Below are positions 23,471 through 35,934 of a stretch of 64,000 bases of DNA, one piece after another (the first letter of the stretch is position 1; the number at the start of each line of letters is the position of its first letter). The notes under the pieces were generated by a model that worked only from the letters and a program-made list of their open reading frames with translations, was not told the DNA's origin and made no database searches. Both the position numbers and the translations under genes were made by a program. The stretch is from Callorhinchus milii (taxonomy: Eukaryota): positions 89,220,001-89,284,000 of the forward strand of contig NW_024704743.1 of assembly GCF_018977255.1 (NCBI RefSeq), given 5' to 3'.

Positions 23471-26400
23471 CACCTAAAATCATCTCTGATGCCAGTCCAT
23501 CAATATTATGTAAATGTGAAAGTCTACTTCCCTATCATATTCTTATGTTGGTTTTGCACAAATAGAATGAATATTGTTTGGCGATTTAAACTTTGAAATT
23601 CAGATGGCAGTTTGGAAACCTGTCTTCAATCTTTGAATCAGTAACTCAATAATGGGGTAAAAATGTGATGTTTGATAACAGATTTCATATCAAACACGTT
23701 TTTCACTACAATAAATGAGTGGAGATGAAGGGGGAAAAATACAGAGATTACTTGTGAGGTGATAAATTTGCCAAAACTGAAAACTTAAGTATATTTAATA
23801 AAAGTGTGGAATTCTCCTGCCTGTCTGCAGGAGAAACACTCTTCTCCAGTTACTTTTCTAAATTTCAAAGATTATAAATGTATGCTGTCTTCCAAATATA
23901 CAGAAAAACGCCATTATGACATGCCTCACTACAATGTAGGTTTGCTTATAACATAATCGGTTTGTGAAACCCAAAGTTTTCTTGACTGAAAATCAAAATT
24001 ACACTGCGCAAATCTCATCATTCGTGGAAAAAAAGAGTCAACTTCCTGGTTGTCAGGATGCCCCAATGTCACTTCTTGTATGCCATTCATCTGCCCTGTA
24101 TGCAGGAAGTGTCACTAACATCACCCGCCTACGGGAAGTAGCCAATGTTTCCTGTGCATTGTGTGCCAGATGCAGGAAATGACATAGTTGGTGACTTGAA
24201 CATATGGTAGTCAGCCATTTATGCTTATTTATAACAAGGGGTCTGAGATATTGCAGCCAAGTGAATGCATTATGAAGGGTTGTGTCCTGTAGCTTTAAAT
24301 GTGTGTGAAAATGTTTGATTTTCGGGGAGTGAAGTTAAGCTTCTTAACAGAGCAAGTCTTAGAATTATGTTAACCTCTATTCTCTGTTCCATTATTCTAC
24401 CATATAGATGAATGTACATTGCAAGGGCTTTTGTGCTCATCAAGGTGTGGAAGTTTACTGTTTACAAAAACTTTCTCATTCAGACATCCAGTGGCACGTT
24501 AACTATTTTGAGGTCTTTTTCAGCCTCAGTAATGCTGCATAAAGGATGCTTTGCTCTGCTTCAGCCCAGGGGGTAGTTAACCTTAATCCCAAATTCTGAA
24601 GTGCCTCTACCAGTGTCATATTTTCTATTTCCTACACTAACCAACAATCTGCGGCCTCTTTGAGTGAGATTGCCAATTTATAGCCTAATTGAGACCAATT
24701 TTGTGCTGTGATCCAACAACTACAAGCAACTGGGTTTAGGTTGCCAACATTTTTTTGCATGCAACCCTTGCAGGCAACAGAGAGAAAATATTTCTTTAGT
24801 CACTCTGGGCTAGAAGGAGTGCCACCTCTTGAAAGAGCTATATAAATTAATCCCAATCCCCCACTCTCTTTGGCTGTTAGATGAACATACTGATGATTTT
24901 AAATTACTTGAAATTCAATGCAGGATTTGTTAACTTACGCCTTTGACACAATACATTCTAACTATTCAATGTAGCTTTAGTTTTATCTGTGCAAATCAAT
25001 GGGCAAGGCTTGAATTATGAGAGTATGTGTCTAGTTTGACATTGTGGACCTGATCATCTGTCTTTCGAGTCAGAGAGAACTTTTGCTAAACTCTCCCCTG
25101 GGTGGTTCAGTGAGTGGAGAAGAATATGTGAGAGGCTAGGTTGTAGATGGTTGTGGAACGTGCAGACTTTCTAGATTGAACAGCCTTTACTTAATTAATG
25201 CCACATTTGCCTAACAAAAATACCCACTCACTATTCAATAAAATCCCGTGAAGCCCTATGAGATGTTTTGGTGATATGAATGGCACTATATCGACTACAA
25301 CAGTTATCATCATATTTTTTTCCTTCTATTCTTAATTTGCACTGGAGTCTACAATACAATATTTGTAACACAAATAGTGACTCGTAATGGGAAATGGAAG
25401 CACATCATTGATTCACAGGAACTTTGCTCTGTGGTTGTCAATCCTCTGTGGTTGGTGTGACATACTTGAATTGTAGATGGAATCACTACTTGTGACTTGA
25501 AGTTGCTAGTTGTGTCTCCTGTTATGGAATATCACATTTTATGCCTCACAAGATAAAATTAAGTGAAAGTGGGAAACTTGTCTAACTATGTATAGAATAT
25601 TTGCAGTGTGTGGGTCATTGTTCAGACTAAGTACAAATTTCCACTGTAACTCAGGTTAAAGGAGTGCCATATTTCATCTTAGCAATGATCTTGGTAAGAT
25701 TGCTACCTTATAGTGATTTCACTGCTACAAAGCTACCAAACACAAAAATCATAACAGTAAAAGTTGCAGTGCTATTATCCTGGCAAAGTTGTTCTTTTGG
25801 AATTGGATATTTGAGGATGACTGTAAGTGTGGTCCCTAAATTATTATCAGCAGTAAAAACCCTTCATGATTGACTTTCCACTGCCTACTATTAATACCAA
25901 TTATAATCCCCCTACCACTGCCTGCTTTGGAATCAGCTCACTCAGCACAGATGAGGTACTGAATATTTCTGGTCCATACGTTCAGTATATTTTATTATGA
26001 AATGTCACAAGTTTTAACTCAAGCATCTTGGAGTAAATTCCAACTGGCGATAAAAAGGACAGGACACCATGGAATCATTAACATGTCATAGTCTTTATCC
26101 TGGACAATAATATAGCTTAACTATAATACCATCTTATACTACTTTATAATGCTTATAATGTAAACCTTTTCAACTGCAACTATGGTCACCTCTTAGCTTG
26201 GTACCCAACCTCGCCACATTAAAGTGCTCTGAGACATTATCCTGTGTGAAGGGCACTATACAGATGTGGCAGTTGTAGAATATAGAATAGTTGGTGACAG
26301 GTAACATTTTCCCTGGAAAGATAATATAATCATCTTTGCATTATTATCTCATATCATTCCAATGACAACAACTTGCATTTATATAGCACCCTTCACACGG

Positions 26401-27039
26401 TGTAGTTTCTTGGAGCACTTGAGCTTCAAAAAGCATCACAGTATGTTTTATGCACCAAGTTTCCACGCTAACAGTGAAATGGGGGGGTGGGAAATGGAGA
26501 AAAGAGTACAATATGTGATTGTTGCATTTCACTGCACACCCTCCACCCCTCAACATCAGTGATAAATAGCAGTATATTTGTGTGCTTTTCCCATTTTGAA
26601 GAGATTATCCGTAACCTTAAATAAAGGGCAGCTGTCCAGTTCAATGAATAAACTGAATGCCCATTTGGTTGATGAAAGAGCAAAACCATTGTGATACGGA
26701 TAGTCATGGGCACTAGTATGGTGCCATAGGGAAACAGCCCAAAGTTACTGAAGTGTAGTTGCAATCCTCCGGCATCCACAGTGTAAAAGCAAACTGTGTG
26801 CTGATATTTTAGACAGAAAGTTGATCTTTTCCCATTCCCATAATCAGTCTGTACTTTGTGCTGCATGTGACCATTTTTGAGTTATTGGCATGTGATTTTC
26901 TTTGTGATAAAATGACTTAGTCAAATCTGAGTCCTTTTCCTTGTGTCCTCCACACACACAAGTGCTGGTTCAAAATTTGTTCCTTTGTCTCCTTCCTTTA
27001 CACAAAAACACAAACTAAAAATAGCAGCCCAGCTCAGTC

Positions 27040-27700
27040 ACATGTTCTGCCTGCTAAACCTGCTGGCAATTTAAAAATAATATGATCTATCTCTACAATA
27101 TACCTTTTTATATATGTACATATGTTTTCCCTATAAAACACACAGTCACTGCACTTTACAGTAAATCCTATGAAACATTTTGAGACATCCTCCCAATCTG
27201 AAAGGCGTTATATCAAATGCAAGGATTATTATATCATTAGAATAAGATGTGTACTGCTGCTGTGAATGGCGATCGATCAGATACGTTGATGTGTGTTGTG
27301 AAGGGTAATTGCAGGACAGACAGCAGGAAGTATTTCTTTAGCCAGAAGTTTAATTAACAGCTGGAAACAGTTACCAGGAACAGTGCTTGAGTCAAGGACA
27401 CTGGGCTCATTTAACAACTTTCCAGAATACTCACCTTACTATTTTCACATCAGAGCCTGAAGGCTGCTGGGAATATAAGAATACTAATAATAAGAAGAAT
27501 CCTTGCATTTGATTTAGCTCCTTATCATATTGTTGAGACGTCTCAAAGCACTTCACAGAATATACTGTAAAGTGAATTGACTGTATATATTGTGGGCGAA
27601 ACGTGGCAGCCAATTGTGAACGTCATATACACACACATGAACCTATATAGTAGAAATAGATCCTATTTTTAAATTGCCAGCAGGCTTAGCAGGCTACATG
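27040..27700. repeat. Inverted pair of ~60-bp unique segment plus SINE tail, around a CR1 scrap
   Basis: cctgctaaacctgctggcaatttaaaaata...gatctat (27050-27095) versus atagatcctatttttaaattgccagcaggcttagcagg (27656-27693). SINE tails at 27120-27232 (+) and 27485-27620 (-). Confidence 0.75.
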
Positions 27701-27785
27701 TTTTGATGGGAAGATGTGATCTGGTGAAGTCAATGGACAACTGGTTTGTCCTGCGCAGCCCAGCTAGTTCTAGGTGGCATTAGAC

Positions 27786-27981
27786 CAGTGGTTGGCCAAC
27801 TAAATACATTTTACTGCTTGAATATTTCTTGATTCATGGCCACACCATGAACATCACACTCAGTAGCTACTGGAAACAAATGAAACAAACTCTCCTAGAC
27901 TAGTGTGAATGTTCGACGGGCCAGTTCTTGACAGCCACGCGGGTCACTTGCAGCCCACAGGCCATGGTTTGACCAAGACTG
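27786..27981. mobile_element. hAT (Charlie-like) MITE, 196 bp
   Basis: Perfect 8-bp TSD cattagac (27778-27785 and 27982-27989). Imperfect terminal inverted repeats cagtggttggccaac / gtttgaccaagactg. Confidence 0.88.
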
Positions 27982-28397
27982 CATTAGACAATTGCTACAA
28001 ATAAGTCCTGCTTATCATGTGACGTGTTACAGTAGCGGGATAATAAAAATAAATCTAGTTATTCTTTTGCTAATATTTGCAACAAATAAATCTGAAATGA
28101 ACTTCCTGATGCTCATTTTAAATCAGAAACTGTACGTTGTGTAAACTGTTTGGTTTAAAAAACGAGAAACTATTTATGAGGTTGTAGGAAACTATTATGC
28201 TGATGAGAAATTACAGTAATATCCTAAATAGGGATGCTCCTGTTACTTTGGACCAGACGATCATGTTTTTTCACTCACGAGTAGTTTGCACTAGATAACG
28301 CCTTGGGACGTCCACCCGATGTGAAAAACGCTATACAAATGTAATTTTGTTGTTAGTTTGTTCAGTTGTACTCTTCTTCCTCCCCTTCTGAAGACAT

Positions 28398-28704
28398 TAA
28401 TAATGATAATAATAATCCTTGCATTTGATATAGTGCTCTTCACGTCTCAAAGGGCTTCACAGAATATACTGTAAAGTGAATTGACTGTACATTTGTGAGC
28501 GAAACGTGGCAGCCAATTGCGCACAGCAGTGTCCCACAGACAGTCGTGGATTGAAATGTCCAATTTATTGTTTTTTTTTCTTGGGGGAATATTATCAGGT
28601 GTGTGGAGTAAACAAACTTGCCCAAGGTTTCGCCCTGCCAGGAATCAAACCCAGGTCTCTCATTAGTTAGGCGAGTGCTCTAACCACTGAGCTACAGGAT
28701 TCCA
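28398..28704 (-). mobile_element. tRNA-derived SINE, full-length short subfamily
   Basis: Head, body and tail homologous to 8663-8971. Confidence 0.9.
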
Positions 28705-29409
28705 TTGTAAACCATTATACTGTTTTATAAAAATGTAATAACAATACTTTTACCCATCAGCTGGGGTGTGAGTTGGTGGGTTCTAGATGGTTCCTGAGAC
28801 AAGTTTCTGAAAGTTGAGACATTACCCTACATGAAGTGTGCTGTATAAATGCAAGTTGCTGTTGTTGATCTTGTCCAGGTTGTCATTTTCCTTTTGTGAG
28901 ATGAGGGATTGCGTGCTGCCAGGCTAATCAATGACAGGGACACCATGCACAGCCAAGTTCAATCCTGTCCTAATCCAGTGCCCTCACAGTGGAAGTTTCT
29001 GAGATCAACTTCTCTGACTGGAATTCAAACCAGGAAACTCATATTGACAGGGCTGGTGGTTCCTTTAACTCACTGCACCATTGCGGGATCTCTTTATTTT
29101 TAACTATAAACGCTTGTCCTTTTCAACAGGGATTCACATCATCTATATTTCACACTACAGTCTATGGTGCATAATGCATGTCCATCTCTTGCATATGGCT
29201 TCATAAACAAGTATAATGGATTTTCATCACCTATCCCTGATGTTTGTGTGCTACTCTCAAGCTTGGCTAGTTCAGAGAGGTTGAAAAGCACGAGGCTTAC
29301 CTAGCTGCTGCATTAAGCTCTCTGTGCATCATTCCTCCTGTGAACTAGTCAGCAGCACCTCCTTTTATAACTAATTTCATATTCATCCTATTGGTTCAGT
29401 TCAAAAAAA

Positions 29410-29760
29410 ATGCCAGCCATTATCTCCATCCAGGCTGTCGCTGTGCTGTATGTTCTTTGTGCCTCTCATTGATGGAGAAGACTTCAATTTGGTTATTTTC
29501 CATTCACTTTGCTCTGCGTGTCAGCACCGTTGGATCTCGATTACTTTCATTATAAATTGAGGTAATTGTGTCTCTTTACCCCTTTAATCTGCGACTATCT
29601 CTCCAGCGCTAATTTTAAAAAAAATCCAATTAAATTCCTTGTCACGCCAAGATCAAAGGCAGTGATTGACAGGTGGTTACTTAATACCTTGTTCTTGCAG
29701 ACAGTTGTGGATATTTGACGTTCTGCTGCAACCGTAAATCCATTTCACAGTGCAAAATAT
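29410..29760. promoter_or_regulatory. Candidate intronic enhancer / conserved non-coding element
   Basis: Non-repetitive, with clustered AGATCAAAGG (TCF/LEF), TGATTGACAG (PBX/MEIS), CAGGTG and several TAAT cores. Motif evidence only. Confidence 0.4.
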
Positions 29761-30819
29761 GAAGACTGTAAAACAAATCCTGAAGATTATTTTATCTCAT
29801 TCTGTTTTATAAAACAGTTCCAGTTGGTCTGAGTGAAGAAAAACAATTGATTAAAATCAATAACTCAGTTTTGCTCAAAACAGTACCCTTCTAAGTTAAT
29901 TTTAAAAAATCCTGTAGCATTGCTTTGTCAGTTTATGTATTGAATATAAAATGAATGGTTCATCTTTGCCTAAACAACATTGATTTGTCCCATCAATAAC
30001 TTCACGTCACTTTATAAGATGATAGCCATGTTTCCGTATGTTCACGTGAAGGCAGTTGAAGAATAGAAAGAGATGACATGGTAAACAAAATAATAGAACA
30101 GAAAGGGAGGAGAAAGGCTGAATGAGAGAGAGAGAGAAACAGAATGATGGGCAATGTGCTGTGTTTTTCTGTCTATGCACATCTACCTCCCCATCCTTGT
30201 TTCCAGGACTGCTGCTGTTATGACCGATTGCTTGTCAGATATCTAGTCCCACATGAGCCTTGATGTCCATCTGCTTAATATCGATAACTCTGTTGCTGTT
30301 GTGTTCTCTTCTTACCAACATCTTTGAGCCAGTGGCTCTGATTACATCAACCTCTCTGGCTGCTCATTCAGGCTCATTTGGCCAGTGCACAGTCTTGGCA
30401 TTCTGCTTGGCCCCCAACTATGCTTCAAACCTCATATCTGGTCCTTTGCTAAGACCGCCTATGTTTGTCTCTAGAACATGGCCTGCTTATGCCTTTACCT
30501 CACCTGGAATGCTGCTCAAATCGTTATTCATTCTTTCATTACCCTGAGATAAGACTTTAGAATTTCTCCCACAAAATATACAGTCAATTCACTTTGCAGT
30601 ATATTCTGTGAAATGCTTTGAAACATCTCAATAACATGATAATGAGTTATATCAAATGCAAGGATGATTATTATTATTATAGAATTCTCTCCATCCCCAA
30701 CATCCTTGATTCCAGCCTCAATAAAATCTAACTCAACTCAGACTTTGCAGCCCACGGGCTACTCGAGACTAAATTCTACACCTATCATCGATGTCAGCTT
30801 GGATTTATTTGTAGAAATC

Positions 30820-31055
30820 TTGCTTTTGAGTCAGAAGGTTATGATTTCAAGGCCTACGTTGGGGCTTTGAGCTCAGGATCCATGTGGACACCTCCAATAA
30901 TGAGGGCAGCACTATAATAAAAGAGATGCAACCATTCAGATAAGGTGTTAAACCCAGATCCCATTTGCTTGTTCAGATGTACATTAAACTTCCAATGGCA
31001 CTACCTGAGAAGAGAATTGAGGTTTCTTTTGATGTACCTGTCAACAATCATCCAG
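30820..31055 (+). mobile_element. Deu-domain SINE, old
   Basis: gagtcagaaggttatgatttcaag head and ttcagataaggtgttaaacccag...aatggcactacctgagaagag core. Confidence 0.65.
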
Positions 31056-31484
31056 ATAAGTACAGAGTCACGACACTTGGCAGTAATTCACTGTGAAGAA
31101 CTTTAACACATTTCAATATTACAGGCGCTTCATCAAGCACAAGGATTAGTATTATTCCCACGCTCAAAAACCACACTGATTTCCAGTACCCCATTAGATT
31201 TGACTTCAAGGTACTGAATCTCTTATAACCCTATTCTCCTGCATGTACCCCTTTCTCTTTCAATTCTGATCTCTTTCTGGCTGCTCATTCCTTCTGTTCC
31301 ACCATCAGGTGTTTATGGCTTCAACCAGCATGTATCTCTGAAACTGATCCAAATTGCTTTACACTGCTTCCTCTCTGTCTCTGCCTTCAAAATCTTTTTG
31401 AAAGCTTTGCTTTTAGTTAACATCCTTAAATATCCTTCTATCCTGCACAGTGATCTCTAGTTTATCTGCTAAAGGATTCAGGAT

Positions 31485-31815
31485 GACAACAAAAACAACT
31501 AGTATTATAAAGCACCTTTCACGTAGGGCAACGACTAAGAGTGCTTTACAGAAATAGGATTGGACAACAAGCTGGGGTTGGGGGAGTGGGGGTGGGAGGG
31601 GAGAGGCAATCTTGAAGATTTGAGGCTGTACTTAAAAGACAGAAAGTGGTAGAGTGAGACACAGTGGTAGAGGGTGGGAGGGAGTTCCCAAGGTTAGGGG
31701 AGTAGGAACTGAAGCCTCGGCCACTGATGGTAAAGAGGAGGGGAAGCCCAAATTATCTGGGTGGAAGAGTGAGCGGAAGAGTAGGGTAGGAGGAGGCAGT
31801 CATCTCATGTGAAAG
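31485..31815 (-). mobile_element. Old L2 3' fragment
   Basis: Degenerate (TTG)n tail with gtgaaaggtgctttata, and a GGRGFSS...LGNSLP-like segment. Confidence 0.65.
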
Positions 31816-33607
31816 GAGCTAGGCAAGTCCCAGTTGTTTGACTAATAATTGTTTTTAATGAACGGTATGCGGGTTTGTTAGAACTGATGGATTTTATAAC
31901 ACTCATAGAGCTGGAGAATCCGACCTTTACCCCCTCTGGTGATTGTACATAAATGCTCGTTAAGTTTCCTTCTTACCCGGTACCATAACTCGTTGCTTGT
32001 GTTCTGGTTTGACATATTGCTGTCACCAAACCTTTGTTTCAGTAATTTGAGTAGAGACGTAGATCATGAAAAGAAAGGATATCCTACTTGATGGGGCAGT
32101 GTCACGCCAATCTGTCGAACAAGGCATTTTATCATGCTTGCAAACAGAAGAGGATGTCCTAATGTGGTCAGGATGAAAATAGCACTGTTTATTTAGCATT
32201 CTGGCATCCGAAGCCACAAACTTCCAATTTTTATTCCAGTTCAAAGTCTTTATTGTCGAAAGTATATTTTGCAGAGGTGGAAAGAAAATGGGGAGTGACA
32301 GTTTAAACTGTTTCTGGCTGTTTCAGGACCTGTGGCTGCCTCAAAAATGCATTATCGTGAAGGTAACTCCATTTGAAAGTTCTCTACAGTACTCCAGTCT
32401 AAGCATTTGGAGTAAAAAAATAATAATAATCCTTGCATTCGATATAGCATCTTACCACGTCTTCGAGACGTCTCAAAGCACTTCACAGAATATAAAATGT
32501 ATGGGATTCTTTTTGTTTCCCCTCAATAGTGGAGAATCTGCTGGAATTGATAACAACGCCATGAATGAAAACACATTAGAAACTAAACAAGAATGATCCA
32601 AAGTGTAAAATGGAATGCTCTTTTGACAAAAAATTACAAAAACTTCAACTTTATTTCCTATACATTCTGGAAAGAAGGAGGTAAAGGAAGCCAATTAATT
32701 TAATGAATAAATAATTCATGTTAGGTAATCCAGATTACTAATTCAAAGTAAACGTTAACCCAGCAGGTTCACTGCCTCCACAATTCATGAAAAGCAATCT
32801 CATCAAAGAATTCACCCTAGTATTCCATTGCGTCTCCTCACAGATACTCTCTGAACCCCATAGAAAACCAGGCAAAAACTCCAATATGCTTCCATCCTCA
32901 CATTCTTAACATGGGCTGCTTTCCTCCATAAACAATACCGTTTTCCCGTCTCCTCGTATTTGTTCATTATTATTATCCGGGTGTCGTGGCCAACAGTCCC
33001 TCAAATAAAATCAGTCATTCACTTCATGGCTGTTTGTCAGACATTGCTGTGAGCAAATTGTTTGCCACATTCACCTACAAATACAGTAAATCATGTGAAG
33101 GGCTTTGAGATGTTTCAACAATATAAGGCACTGTATAAAATCCAAGGATGTCGATTATTATTATTTAATGTTGTAAGAGAGTTGCTTCATGAACCACAAT
33201 CGTATATCTTTTGCCAAACGTCAAAACATTTTATAGGTTTCATAAGTAAATCCCTTTGCCTCAGCTAGACTCACAAATGGATGTACTTTTTGGAATACAG
33301 TATCCAGTTGAAAAATACCCAGCTCTTGAACAGTTAATTGAATCTCAGTCAACCAGATGACAGGCTTCATCCTGCTTCAGAATCTCAGCTCGTCTTTCCC
33401 ATTGCGTTTGGTTAGTCATGTAAAAATAGGATTTCCTGTTGCACATAAATGTTTTGTTTTCAAATCACTTGAATTTTGTTCACCAACAATTTAGTAGAAG
33501 CTTAGAGGAGAAAGTAGAGCATTGAAAATAAGTGTAAAATAATCATCCTGTTGTTGGTTGCTCAGGCGGCTGAAAACGCTGACAATAATGCTTTAATTGT
33601 GAGCGGA

Positions 33608-33938
33608 TCTCCTTGGAGGTGAGCGGAATCCAAGGTGACATGCTTAGCAATGAAATGTTGGAATTGTGTCCACCTTCTGTGGCGGTCTCAGAAGTCCAGC
33701 TCCTCAGCCAGATGGATCTGCAGTACTCCAGGGCACTGCTGATGACAGACCAGCCAGCCTGGCTCATCAGCAGAACTTTGAGGGGCACTGGGAGCAAAGA
33801 TTATTCTCACTCAGTTTCTGTTAACCATACAGGCCAAAGTCCTAATAGGTGGGATAGGTCTAGCTGAACAAGCAGTAAGAAGCTTGCCAGACAGTGCTTT
33901 CAATTAGCAAGTTATATGGTTTTAGCTGGTAAAGCTAC
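33608..33938 (+). repeat. Copy of unclassified retroposon family (5'/central part; its 3' terminus probably at 34860-34900)
   Basis: Colinear with 8531-9180. catgtgtcagacacccagctcac...aaaaaa lies at 34868-34900. Confidence 0.7.
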
Positions 33939-34524
33939 AACAGGCCCCAACATACCCCGATTGTTAACCCCAAAAGCATAGTCACAGCCGCGACGATTTG
34001 AGCAACTATGAGCGGTCCCGCAGAGTGCATTGTCAATGCGAGGATTACGCCTGTGATCACACCTTTGTCGAGAAGAGGACAAGGAGGAAGAGGAAGGGAG
34101 CGGAAATAAGGTGAGAGCGAGAGCAGCGGGCGAGGAGACAACGCAGGGATGACAACGTACCACCCTACCCTGAGACCGAATCCATTTCCTACAAGACACG
34201 AAGAAACCAGGGCAGGAAACTGAGAAAGAATGATGCTGTGAGCCGAGAGAGTCTGTGGTCTGCGAATAGTGAACAACAATCTCAGGAATGGAGGAGAAAA
34301 GATGACCTTTCACACCCTTCCCCCTCCTAATTCAGAGGTTGAGACGGCAACATGTTCTTGATTGGGAATCCAACCTCCAACCCTCAACCTTTGATCCTTC
34401 GGCCCCATCCCTCTCTCACAACCCCTCCGCCCCCACTCCTCCACAGAGAGAGGGAGGGAGGAAAGGAGCTAAAACACAAATTTTCCTAACCCCTTTCATG
34501 TGCTAATTAGTACACGTCACGACA
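33939..34524. mobile_element. CpG-rich insertion, possible truncated LTR
   Basis: Abrupt break in the host repeat, many intact CpGs, and right end ...gtcacgaca (TGTCGTGAC on minus) typical of LTR termini. The other terminus and a TSD were not found. Confidence 0.4.
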
Positions 34525-34585
34525 CATCGCATTTTTTAAGCAGCCAACTTGATGTGCCAATTGGCCAATTGGAGACATCCCATTT

Positions 34586-34858
34586 TGGAGTCTTGCAGCG
34601 TAGTGGTTAGAGCACTGGCTTCGCAAGCAAGAGGACCTGGGTTGGATTCCTGGGAAGGGCAGAACCTTAGGCAAATTTCTTTACTCCATGCGCCTCTGTT
34701 TACCTAGCAGTAAGAGGGAACCCGCTTGTTAACCGATTGGTGGATCACTTTTTTGGGAGTAATAATTCCTTCAAAAAAATTATAATAATAAATTGGTCAC
34801 TTCAATGCACAACTGTTTGTGCGACACTGTTGTGCACAATTGGCAGCCACGTTTCGCC
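34586..34858 (+). mobile_element. tRNA-derived SINE, long subfamily, 3'-truncated
   Basis: tggagtcttgcagcgtagtggttagagc head and ctgtttacctagcagtaag central segment. Confidence 0.88.
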
Positions 34859-35611
34859 ACGTGTCTGCATGTGTCAGACACCCAGCTCACTTCCAAAAAA
34901 GTAGGAAAACACTGATGTAACATTTAGCGATTCACATTTTACATAGGTTTTTGTGTTTTCCTTCTAAATGTCTACCGGTTGAACTACTTGAAAGAGCTAA
35001 TTACTTATTAAAATTGTAAATGTGATTTCCTTCTTAATGAAGCTGTTTAATGGATGTATGATGTTTTTTTCTCTGTAGAAACCAGGCCTTTAGGCAGTAA
35101 GTGAAATTGTAATCTGAAAAGCTGAGAAAACAGTTGTTCGATTATTTCAGCATAGGCACATTATAACAAAACATCAGATACATTTGGAAACTCTGGTAAT
35201 CACTCCTTTGGTATAATGATCCTCTGTATAATTGAAAGTCATGGCTCTCGATCACCCACACTAAACGACATCCAGTGTTCTGCTGGAAGGTGCAGAAACG
35301 ATATTTACCCTTTCTAATATGAAGCGCAATGTGGAGTGCCATCAGTGGGAACCCCAGGCCACACACTTTCTTCATCACAAGTACAGAAGAGCCTAATGTT
35401 GGCATTTCTGTTTCACTCCCTACACAGGTGAATTGGTTCAGCTTGCCAGCTGGGTTTAGTTGGTGGTACACTTGCCTAAGATCTTCATCAAAAAAACAAT
35501 AGGCAAGGTTAGAAGGATTTCTTTCATCCACATGGAGGAATACACTGCCAAAAATAATGATTAAAACAAAGTGGACACGTTTGCAAAGGAAAAATATAAA
35601 AGGATATGAGG

Positions 35612-35934
35612 AAATAATAATAATAATAATAATCCTTGCTTTTGATATAGCGCTTTTCACGTCGGGAGGACGTCCCAAAGCGCTTCACAGAACACACTGT
35701 AAAGTAAATTGACTGTATATTTGTGGGCGAACGCGGCAGCCAATTGCGAACAGCAATGTCCCACAAACAGTCGTAGATTGAAAATGACCAATTTATTATT
35801 TTTGGGGGTTTTGGAGGGATTATTATTAGGCGTGTGGAGTAAGGAAACTTGCCCAAGGTTTCGCCCTGCCTGGAATTGAACTCAGGTCTCTCACTTGCAA
35901 AGCGAGTGCTCTAACTACTGAGCTACAGGACTCC
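35612..35934 (-). mobile_element. tRNA-derived SINE, full-length short subfamily (young)
   Basis: Nearly identical to 22335-22648. Confidence 0.93.

Noticed and set aside
33736..33775. CTGATGA as a hammerhead core or C/D snoRNA box in the unclassified repeat
   Set aside because: No downstream GAAA with stem II, and the motif is buried in a stem and not invariant across copies.
35142..35856. Recurring ORFs such as NIQSIHFTVYSVK...KRYIKCKDYYYY and IIIIII
   Set aside because: These are translations of the SINE body and (ATT)n tail that recur at every copy, not proteins.
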